Shown: positions 20,454-28,777 of the stretch, piece by piece
Position numbering within the stretch: the first letter of the stretch is position 1
Layout of the letters: every line of letters starts with the position of its first letter
Origin: Ruminococcus sp.
GTDB taxonomy: Bacteria; Bacillota; Clostridia; Oscillospirales; Ruminococcaceae
Length of the DNA stretch: 64,000 nucleotides
Assembly (NCBI GenBank): GCA_021199375.1
Contig: JAJQIB010000020.1
Coordinates: 28,931-92,930, forward strand
Direction: 5' to 3'
Made by a program: the position numbers and the translations under genes
The notes under the pieces: generated by a model
The model's input: only the letters and a program-made list of their open reading frames with translations
The model's database searches: none
Told to the model about the DNA's origin: nothing

Positions 20454-21992
20454 ATGTATTATAAAGTGAAAAGCTTCGGGCTCACCGGACTTAACGCATT
20501 TCCTGTTACAGCAGAAATTGAGGCAAGCTCAGATTTAGCTGACTTTCAAATAATAGGTCTTCCTGATGCTGCGGTAAAAGAGTGTCGAGAGCGTATGAAA
20601 AGCGCCTTTAGAAGCACTTCTTTATCATTTCCAGATATGCGAGTAATGATTAATCTTGCGCCCGCAGATGTTAAAAAGAGCGGTACAGTACATGATCTCT
20701 CAATTGCGGCGGCGCTGTGCATACTTCAAGGCTGGATCAAACCAAGACAAGCTGAAAATGCTGCTTTTATCGGAGAGGTTTCTTTAGGCGGCGAGGTGCG
20801 TGGCATAAGAGGTGTGCTGCCAATGACAATACTTGCTAAGGAGCAGGGCTGCAAGCAGATATTTGTCCCCGCTGAAAACGCATTTGAAGCATCAGTGGTT
20901 GAGGGTATAGATGTCTATCCCGTAGCAAGCTTAAAGGAACTGGTAACACACTTCTTGGGCAAGACTCCAATTTCTCCTGCGGAGGTATACAAGCCTGTTC
21001 AGCATGAAATAGTTGAAAAAAATGACTTTGCTGATATCAAGGGTCAGGAGTTTTCAAAGCGTGCAATGGAAGTAGCTGCCGCAGGCGGTCACAATATACT
21101 TCTTATAGGTCCTCCCGGATCGGGCAAGTCGATGCTGGCAAAGGCTTTGCCATCTATACTTCCAACGCTCACATTTGATGAGGCAATAGAGGTTTCAAAG
21201 GTATACTCAGTAGCAGGAGAGCTAGATCCTAAGCACCCGCTTATGACCGAACGTCCCTTTCGCTGTCCACATCATACCGTATCAAATGCAGGTCTAGCAG
21301 GCGGCGGAACAGTACCACATCCAGGCGAAATTTCACTTGCACATAATGGAGTATTATTCTTAGACGAGCTTCCAGAGTTTAATCGAGGCGCTCTTGAAAT
21401 TTTACGTCAGCCTATTGAGGATGGTAAGGTTACTATTTCACGTGCTTGGGGAAGTGTAACATACCCAAGCTCATTTATGCTTGTAGCGGCAATGAACCCT
21501 TGCCCGTGTGGCTATTATGGTCATCCCACAAGAAAATGCACCTGTGACTCACGTAAGGTGGCGAATTATCTCTCGAAAATCTCAGGCCCAATGCTAGACA
21601 GAATAGACATAAATGTTGAAGCGGCATCAGTTGAATTTGCAGATCTTTCTTCTAATCAAAAGGCTGAACCAAGCTGTGATATTCGCAAGCGTGTTCAGGC
21701 CGCAAGAGATATTCAAACTGAGCGTTATAAGGGTACACCTATCAACTGCAATGCAAAGCTCACTCCTGATATGATGGGAGAGGTGTGCATAATGACAGAC
21801 GATGCAAGAGACGCACTTAAAATGGTGTTCGAAGCGTTTAATATGTCGGCACGCTCTTATGACAAGGTACTAAAGGTTGCTCGCACTATTGCAGATCTTG
21901 ACAACAGTGATGTAATAAAGCACAATCACATCCTTGAAGCGTCAAACTACCGTACATTAGATAAAAAATATTGGACCAACAGCAAAAAATAA
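20454..21992 (+). CDS. comM: YifB/ComM Mg-chelatase-like AAA+ ATPase
   Basis: INLAPADVKK, GPPGSGKSM, HNGVLFLDELPEF, NPCPCG motifs. Confidence 0.92.
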   Translation: MYYKVKSFGLTGLNAFPVTAEIEASSDLADFQIIGLPDAAVKECRERMKSAFRSTSLSFPDMRVMINLAPADVKKSGTVHDLSIAAALCILQGWIKPRQAENAAFIGEVSLGGEVRGIRGVLPMTILAKEQGCKQIFVPAENAFEASVVEGIDVYPVASLKELVTHFLGKTPISPAEVYKPVQHEIVEKNDFADIKGQEFSKRAMEVAAAGGHNILLIGPPGSGKSMLAKALPSILPTLTFDEAIEVSKVYSVAGELDPKHPLMTERPFRCPHHTVSNAGLAGGGTVPHPGEISLAHNGVLFLDELPEFNRGALEILRQPIEDGKVTISRAWGSVTYPSSFMLVAAMNPCPCGYYGHPTRKCTCDSRKVANYLSKISGPMLDRIDINVEAASVEFADLSSNQKAEPSCDIRKRVQAARDIQTERYKGTPINCNAKLTPDMMGEVCIMTDDARDALKMVFEAFNMSARSYDKVLKVARTIADLDNSDVIKHNHILEASNYRTLDKKYWTNSKK

Positions 21993-22136
21993 TAAAAAAG
22001 CTTTTTATACAATGGTATTCAGTATACTTTTATCTGAAATAATGAACAAAAAATTAAAACTACAAAAAGTGCTGGAATTATTTCTGCATTTGTGCTATAA
22101 TTTAAATAGCATAATATTATTATGAGGTGGTAAACT

Positions 22137-23861
22137 ATGACAAATGAAATTATGGAAGCATACAAGCTTTGGAAGGAAAAAGCAGTTGACGATGAGGATT
22201 TGCAGACAGAGCTAAATAAAATTGAGGGTGACGATGAGGCAATAAGCGACAGATTTTACCGTGACCTTGAATTTGGAACCGGTGGACTTCGTGGAGTAAT
22301 CGGTGCTGGAAGCTACAGAATGAACATCTACACTGTCAGACGTGCAACTCAAGGATTAGCTGACTACGTAAACGGAGACTTTGAGAATGGCTCAGTTGCT
22401 ATTTCATATGACTCACGTATTAAATCAGACGTATTTGCAAAGGAATCTGCAAGAGTGCTTGTGGCAAATGGCATCAAAGTATATTTATATAGTGAGCTTA
22501 TGCCTACACCTATGCTTTCTTATGCTGTTCGTTACTTTGGCGCAAGTGCTGGTATTATGGTAACAGCATCACACAATCCTGCTAAGTACAATGGCTATAA
22601 GGTTTATGGAAGTGACGGATGCCAAATTACACTTGATGTGGCTAACACGGTTATTGGAAAGATAAACGCTGTTGATATGTTTGGCGGTGCAAAGGTAGCT
22701 GACTTTGACAAGGCTGTAGATGAAGGAATGATAGAATATATCGGTCAGGATTGTATTGACTCATATTTAAATGAGGTTAGTCGCCAGGGTGTACACACCG
22801 ATTTAGTTGCGCAAAGCGGGCTTAAGGTAGTATATACTCCTTTAAATGGCACAGGAAACAAGCCGGTACGTGCTATACTTAAAAAAATAGGTATTAAAGA
22901 CGTAACTGTAGTTCCTGAGCAGGAAAATCCTGATGGAAATTTTCCTACCTGTCCATTTCCTAATCCTGAAATCAAAGAAGCTCTTGCGTATGGTCTTAAG
23001 CTTTGCGAGAGTGTAAAGCCGGATCTTCTTCTTGCGACAGACCCTGACTGCGATCGTGTTGGAATCGCTGTTCCCTCGCCGAGTGGTGAGTATGTGCTAT
23101 TTTCCGGCAATGAAGTAGGCGCACTCCTTATGGAATACATTTGCAGTGAAAGAAGAGCTCTTGGCACTATGCCTGAGAATCCTGTTGCTGTAAAAACCAT
23201 TGTAACTACAGATATAGTTACTAAGATGGCTAAGGAGTATGGAGTAGAGCTAAGAGAGGTCTTGACAGGATTTAAATTTATAGGTGAACAGATAGGATTT
23301 CTCGAAGCAGACGGCGAAGATGACAGGTATGTATTTGGCTTTGAAGAAAGCTATGGTTATCTTGCCGGTTCGTATGTAAGAGATAAGGATGCTGTAGTAG
23401 CATCAATGCTGATTTGCGAGATGGCAGCCTTCTATCGAACCAAGGGAATATCTTTGCTTGATGCAAGGGATAAAATGTACGCTAAGTACGGTAACTATCT
23501 TCATTCGCAGGAATCATTTGTATGCGAGGGAGAAAGCGGTATGCAGCGCATGAAGGAAATCATGTCTGACCTAAGAACAAATACTCCTCAGGAAATCGGT
23601 GGACTTAAGGTTCTTAGATTTGGTGATTATATGGCATCTTGTGAAGCTGAGCTTGCTACCGGTGAAAAGACTGAGATTAAGCTTCCTAAATCAGATGTAC
23701 TGGCATTTAGACTCGAAAAGGATGCGTCTGTAATCATCCGTCCTTCAGGTACCGAGCCTAAAATTAAGGCTTATTACACCACAATAGCAGATACTAGAGA
23801 TGAAGCTTGCGAAATGCAAAGTAAAATAGCAGCTGATTTTAAGAGCATTCTTGGTTTTTAA
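22137..23861 (+). CDS. pgm: Phosphoglucomutase/phosphomannomutase
   Basis: FGTGG, TASHNP, DPDCDR, FEESYG, RPSGTEPK motifs. Confidence 0.93.
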   Translation: MTNEIMEAYKLWKEKAVDDEDLQTELNKIEGDDEAISDRFYRDLEFGTGGLRGVIGAGSYRMNIYTVRRATQGLADYVNGDFENGSVAISYDSRIKSDVFAKESARVLVANGIKVYLYSELMPTPMLSYAVRYFGASAGIMVTASHNPAKYNGYKVYGSDGCQITLDVANTVIGKINAVDMFGGAKVADFDKAVDEGMIEYIGQDCIDSYLNEVSRQGVHTDLVAQSGLKVVYTPLNGTGNKPVRAILKKIGIKDVTVVPEQENPDGNFPTCPFPNPEIKEALAYGLKLCESVKPDLLLATDPDCDRVGIAVPSPSGEYVLFSGNEVGALLMEYICSERRALGTMPENPVAVKTIVTTDIVTKMAKEYGVELREVLTGFKFIGEQIGFLEADGEDDRYVFGFEESYGYLAGSYVRDKDAVVASMLICEMAAFYRTKGISLLDARDKMYAKYGNYLHSQESFVCEGESGMQRMKEIMSDLRTNTPQEIGGLKVLRFGDYMASCEAELATGEKTEIKLPKSDVLAFRLEKDASVIIRPSGTEPKIKAYYTTIADTRDEACEMQSKIAADFKSILGF

Positions 23862-23879
23862 ATAATGTAGAAAAATACT

Positions 23880-23920
23880 ACAGGCAATACCGCAGCAAAA
23901 ACGGTATTGTCTGTTATTTT
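23880..23920 (+). terminator. Terminator after pgm
   Basis: acaggcaataccg / cggtattgtctgt stem plus T tract. Confidence 0.75.
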
Positions 23921-23939
23921 AGATTGGAGCTTACATTAG

Positions 23940-25483
23940 ATGGATAAATTAAAAAAGATTGCCGAGCTTTTATTTCCACCTGTAGCAGTTGCGATTTTGA
24001 TTATGGTTATCTTTTATACTCAGGATTTTTATCCCTTTGGAGATGGAACTGTTACCTGGTGCGATATGACTCAGCAAACAATTCCTTTACTGCTTGATTT
24101 TAAAGACATACTTGATGGCAAAAGTAGCTTGTTTTTTAACATTAATAATGCAGGATGAATGAACTTTTACGGTGTGTTCTTCTTCTATCTGTCAAGTCCG
24201 TTTAGCTTTTTGGTAAAATTTGTAGACAAAGAAAACCTAGTGCTTTTTGTAAACATCCTTGTTGTTCTTAAGCTTAGCGTATGTGCTCTGACGGCATACA
24301 TTTTCTTTAAATTCTCAAATAGGGAGCTTTCCTTCGGGATTTGTGCATTACTCTCGATTGCATATGCGCTATGCGGTTATGGATTGCTCTTTTATCAAAA
24401 TCTCATGTGGCTTGATGTAATGTATATGTTTCCAATATTTATGTTAGCTCTAGAAAGACTCATAAATAAAAAAGGTATTATATTATACATTTTAAGTCTG
24501 AGTATAATAATATATCTAAATTTCTATTTAACCTATATGGTGGCGGTATTTGCAATTCTTTTTGCCGGAGCGTTTATTCTTACTGATAAAAACAAAGAGA
24601 ATGCACGAGAAGCGAGTACGAGCTTAATACTTGGCACTATAATCTCACTTCTTTTGACTGCATTTGTTTGGCTTCCAAGCCTATTTGAGTATCTTTCATC
24701 TGGACGTTCAAAATCTATTATCGAAACACTTGAAGCTTCAAATACACTTTCAAGCTATAAAACAGTGCTGCCACTTTTGTTTTGCAGCGGACTTATTTTC
24801 GCTATAATCCTTGTTAATGGACTATCAGGAAGAAAAAGAAGTCCAAGATTAAATCGATATATGCTGTTATTTTTCTTAACACTCGTTCCATTCTTTGTAG
24901 AGCCAATCAACGAAATGTGGCATACTGGAAATTATATGTCCTTCCCGGCAAGATACGGATTTATAACAATATTTATAGGTCTAATTTGCTGTGCCGATGT
25001 TTTTGAGGAGGATATTAAATTACTAAATAGTAAAAGGGCTAAATACAATATTCCTTTTACAGCTCTTGGTGCAGTATTAGTTATAGTATATTTTTCGTGG
25101 TCGCTTAAATATATCGAGCAAAAGGGACTTGATTTGTGCACCTATACAAAAAGTCTTTGGGGCGACGACACTTCATTTGAGAATCTTTCCATTATGTTTT
25201 TTGTTGCTTTAGCCTGCTATGCTGTCCTGTACCTTATTTATCGTTATGCAAGAATAAATGTATCTAGCTTTGCTTTTCTAATGGTTGTAGTTTTGATGGT
25301 GGAATCTTCGGGAAATGTTCGTGTTTATCTGACAAGTGCATATAGTCATAATGACACACGAACAGAAACCTTTCAGGATGTCGTTTCTATGGCTGATAAA
25401 ATTGATGATGACAGCTTTTACCGTATTATTACCGATAGTAAAATAACAGATTACAACACAGTTGGCGGACTTGGTTATCCCTC
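23940..25483 (+). pseudogene. yfhO: YfhO-family membrane protein, 5' part (in-frame TGA at 24156-24158; interrupted by the IME)
   Basis: WCDMTQQ, NNAG*MNF, YQNLMWLD, SFPARYGF; frame continues GYP|SLGHYTSLT once the element is removed. Confidence 0.85.
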
Positions 25484-25608
25484 CGTGAAGCACTTATAAG
25501 TACACCCACTGTTAAATCAGGCAATAAACCATATTCGATGAATATAAAATAACGCAACATGAGGCTATGTCTCCGAAACTATTAATGGAGGCATAGCTAA
25601 TTTTTCTC

Positions 25609-25637
25609 TTGAAATAATTGCTCCGATGTGGTATAAT
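25609..25637 (+). promoter_or_regulatory. sigma70 promoter of agrAC
   Basis: TTGAAA-N17-TATAAT with TGn; preceded by a hairpin (gctatgtctcc / ggaggcatagc). Confidence 0.7.
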
Positions 25638-25680
25638 GATAACTGATACATAAAGCGTGACCAATCGTGAGGTGATTGCT

Positions 25681-26376
25681 ATGAATATTGCTATCGTTGA
25701 TGATGAACCTGTATTCTTAAAACAACTTCATAACAGATTAAGAGAAATGAAACTACCCGACTGCGAAATACACGAATTTACAAGTGGGAAAGACTTATTG
25801 AGTTTCTATGTCAAGGGAATGTATGAGGTTATCATACTTGATGTAGAGATGCCTGATCTGAACGGGTTGCAGACTGCTGAAAGAATCAGACAGATAGATA
25901 ACTCTGTTATTATTTCTTTCCTGACGAATTATGCCGAATTTGCCGTTCAGGGCTATGATGTAGGCGCGTTTCGCTATATATTGAAAAATCAACCTGACTA
26001 TGTATATACCAAACAGCTAAATTCTATCATTGCTGAATGCCAGCAACGATTTAGGACTTTCACTTTCAACAATAAAAATCTGTCATTTAAGTTCAGGTTG
26101 ACAGACATTCTTTACTTTGAAGGACATAGAAGAAAGGTATCGCTATTCACGCTTAATGGTGAATTGGAGTACGGCGGTGATTTTTCAAGTGTGTGTGGTG
26201 AGTTGTTAAAATACAATTTCGCAATGATAAACCGTGGAATACTTGTAAATCTTGACCACATACAGAATATTACTAAATATGATGTGATTCTCAGTAATGG
26301 AAAGAAAGTCCCAATAGGCAAAACATATAAAGATGAGATAGTTGCTCGCTATCTTAACTACGCAACAGGGAGATGA
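25681..26376 (+). CDS. agrA: LytTR-family response regulator (AgrA-like)
   Basis: IVDDE, ILDVEMP receiver motifs; LytTR tail (YFEG...INRGILVNL..I). Confidence 0.9.
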   Translation: MNIAIVDDEPVFLKQLHNRLREMKLPDCEIHEFTSGKDLLSFYVKGMYEVIILDVEMPDLNGLQTAERIRQIDNSVIISFLTNYAEFAVQGYDVGAFRYILKNQPDYVYTKQLNSIIAECQQRFRTFTFNNKNLSFKFRLTDILYFEGHRRKVSLFTLNGELEYGGDFSSVCGELLKYNFAMINRGILVNLDHIQNITKYDVILSNGKKVPIGKTYKDEIVARYLNYATGR

Positions 26377-27671
26377 TCAGATTGCCTATATGGATTGAAA
26401 GTGGTATAGAAATTGCAAATGTGGCTATCGAAATTGCATTGATATTTCTTTACTTCTCACTATTGAGCAGGCGGAAGAGCAACCCTATTATAATGGTGGC
26501 TACATTTTTGTCAGCAACGATTATTCTTTCTTTTGTTGTTCTGTATTTTGAGAATATATTCTTTTATATGATAACAACAACTTTTCTCATAGCTGCAATT
26601 TCATTTGCCTGTTTTGAAGATAGCATAAAACATAGGATATTCTGGACAGTAATGTATTTGATGATAATATCGGTGTCTGAGCCGATTGTTATCGGAATAC
26701 TATGTATTGCAAATTTGGGTACTCCTGAAGATTTCTTACAATCTGGTTTAGGACGCTATCTCGGTATGGTGGGGACTGATCTGATTTATTTGTGGCTTAT
26801 AGGTATGATGCACCGAATCATAAATAAAAGGATAAGAAATCTTCCTGTGAAATATTGGATTTTGATAGTCTTAATCCCGATAATAAGCATTTTTCTGCTA
26901 CAAACCATACTCGACATCTTTACAGCGTACAGCACGATAAACTATTGGTCATTAGGTATATCACTTTTAGGCATTATATACATCAATATTGCGATGTTCA
27001 ATTTTTTTGAAAGTTATGAAGATAAAATAAAGTTGAGATACCTTGAAACTATGAAACATCAAGAACAAGAAAATTACAAAATGCTTACTCTTTCATACAA
27101 GCAAGTACGAGAATTTAAACACGATATTGAAAATCAATTCTTAGTTTTGAATGATATGTTAGAGAACAACGATACCGATTCTGCCAAAGAGTATCTTGTC
27201 AAACTAAGCTCATTTGTAAGGCTTGCTAACAGGCTTTGCTATACTGGAAATAACGCCGTAGATTCTATCGTGAACATCAAAGGTTCTCTTGCTCAGACCT
27301 ATGGTATAGATTTTATTTGCAAGGTCAATATCATAACAAGTATCAAGGCTGATGAATTGGAACTTTGCCGTATCATAGGAAACGCTCTTGATAACGCAAT
27401 AGAGGGCTGTCAGAGGGCTGATGTTCCACATAAGCATATTTGGATAAGCCTAACGGAAGAACGAGAGAAGCTATTTATTGTCATTACAAACACATCAGAT
27501 AAGGTAGATACATCTGCTTTAACATCAACAAAGAAAGAACAAGGGCTTCACGGCATAGGGATAAACAGTATCAAATCTTCCGTAGATAGATTGGGAGGGT
27601 TGGTAAGTTTCGATTATGAGGACGGAATTTTTAAGCTGAATATTATGGTTCGTAATTGTTTGCTGATTTAA
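26373..27671 (+). CDS. agrC: GHKL sensor histidine kinase (AgrC-like)
   Basis: Multi-TM N-terminus, FKHDIEN H-box, GNALDNAIEG, HGIGINSI. Confidence 0.9.
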   Translation: MIRLPIWIESGIEIANVAIEIALIFLYFSLLSRRKSNPIIMVATFLSATIILSFVVLYFENIFFYMITTTFLIAAISFACFEDSIKHRIFWTVMYLMIISVSEPIVIGILCIANLGTPEDFLQSGLGRYLGMVGTDLIYLWLIGMMHRIINKRIRNLPVKYWILIVLIPIISIFLLQTILDIFTAYSTINYWSLGISLLGIIYINIAMFNFFESYEDKIKLRYLETMKHQEQENYKMLTLSYKQVREFKHDIENQFLVLNDMLENNDTDSAKEYLVKLSSFVRLANRLCYTGNNAVDSIVNIKGSLAQTYGIDFICKVNIITSIKADELELCRIIGNALDNAIEGCQRADVPHKHIWISLTEEREKLFIVITNTSDKVDTSALTSTKKEQGLHGIGINSIKSSVDRLGGLVSFDYEDGIFKLNIMVRNCLLI

Positions 27672-27680
27672 TCATCTGAC

Positions 27681-27767
27681 TTTCGGTACAAGAAAGCGAC
27701 ATTTCAGTACACTTTGCGGCACTTTTGTGTAAAATCTATTGAAAAAATCGCCAGCGTGTGCTATGAT
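27681..27767 (+). promoter_or_regulatory. LytTR (AgrA)-box direct repeats and agrB promoter
   Basis: TTTCGGTACA (27681) and TTTCAGTACA (27702) 21 bp apart, upstream of TTGAAA-N17-TATGAT (27739-27767). Confidence 0.7.
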
Positions 27768-27850
27768 TTTTGCAGGAAGTGATTCAGAAATGATTTTTGC
27801 AGGAAGTGATTCAGAAATGATTTTTGCAGGAAGTGATTCAGAAATGATTT
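27763..27850 (+). repeat. 27-bp perfect tandem repeat x3 (plus a partial) spanning the agrB RBS and start
   Basis: Unit atgatttttgcaggaagtgattcagaa at 27763, 27790, 27817; encodes MIFAGSDSE. Confidence 0.95.
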
Positions 27851-28434
27851 CAAAACTTGCAAAAAACATAGCACACTTTTTTGTGATTCAGAACATAACG
27901 GAAGAATCCAAAGAGGTAATCTATGCATATGGAATGGAGCTGCTGATCTCCGATGTGCTGAATACCATCATCGTCCTGCTGATTGCTCTGATCTCCCATA
28001 CACTGCCTGCGGTTGTTGTATTCATAGCCGTATTTATGGGGTTGAGAAAGTTTGTGGGTGGGTATCATGCTAACAGTCATCTGAGCTGTATGTTCACGCT
28101 TGTCATGGTGATGCTGGCTTTCTCTTATGGCATTTGCAATATAAGCGGACAAATTGCTCAGATATTCAGCATTGGCTTCATAACGATAGCATTGCCCATC
28201 ATTTTCTGTATCGCTCCCGTTCCGCATCCGAATAAACCGATGTCAGAGGAAAAGGGTATCAAGTTGAGGAAACGGAGTATTATACTTGCCGTTGCCCTTT
28301 CTGCTGCTGTGATCGCACTGCTTGTATTCCAATACCAGAAAATAAGCCTTTATGTATCAAGCGGAATACTGCTGTCAGCAATCATGGCACTGCTCGGTCA
28401 CTTTTTGAATCGGGGTGATAACAGTAAACGATGA
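27844..28434 (+). CDS. agrB: Accessory gene regulator B (AIP-processing peptidase)
   Basis: YAYGME, LRKFVGGYHANSHLSC (catalytic H/C), APVPHPNKP motifs. Confidence 0.92.
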   Translation: MISKLAKNIAHFFVIQNITEESKEVIYAYGMELLISDVLNTIIVLLIALISHTLPAVVVFIAVFMGLRKFVGGYHANSHLSCMFTLVMVMLAFSYGICNISGQIAQIFSIGFITIALPIIFCIAPVPHPNKPMSEEKGIKLRKRSIILAVALSAAVIALLVFQYQKISLYVSSGILLSAIMALLGHFLNRGDNSKR

Positions 28435-28588
28435 CAAGGAAAGAGAAAAACGAAGTATTTGGGCGATTATAATTCTTGCTCTGGTTAGGGTAGCATTGTA
28501 TCTTGCAAACGGCAGTGCTTGCGGTATTACGTTCTATCAGCCCCCAGAGCCTGACTTATCTGAGCTGTTTGAAAGGAGGGATTTGTAA
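28415..28588 (+). CDS. agrD: AgrD cyclic-peptide precursor 1 (ring CGITF); GTG start or frameshifted ATG 28431
   Basis: ...IWAIIILALVRVALYLANGSA-CGITF-YQPPEPDLSELFERRDL*; absent from the ORF track. Confidence 0.8.
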   Translation: MITVNDDKEREKRSIWAIIILALVRVALYLANGSACGITFYQPPEPDLSELFERRDL

Positions 28589-28743
28589 TGAAAAAGCTGA
28601 TGAGTATCGCAAAGAAGGCTTCCACGGCACTGGCGGCTCTCGCACTGGTGGTAGCTACCACATCTGTTCCAAGTGCTTGCTATCACTGGTTCGCACAGCC
28701 TGTTGAGCCGGAGGAGCTTAGAAAATATGTGAACAAAAAATAA
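28588..28743 (+). CDS. agrD: AgrD cyclic-peptide precursor 2 (ring CYHWF), 51 aa
   Basis: aggaggg RBS; MKKLMSIAKKASTALAALALVVATTSVPSA-CYHWF-AQPVEPEELRKYVNKK*; absent from the ORF track. Confidence 0.9.
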   Translation: MKKLMSIAKKASTALAALALVVATTSVPSACYHWFAQPVEPEELRKYVNKK

Positions 28744-28777
28744 TTAGCAACTATGTGTTGTAGAAAGGTGGTATGAA

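Noticed and set aside
24156-24158. Selenocysteine or programmed TGA readthrough in yfhO
   Set aside because: No SECIS-like hairpin recognised, and the context fits a Gly codon mutated to stop in a gene already broken by an insertion.
27763-27850. CRISPR array
   Set aside because: The 27-bp units are contiguous with no spacers, and no cas genes are in the window.
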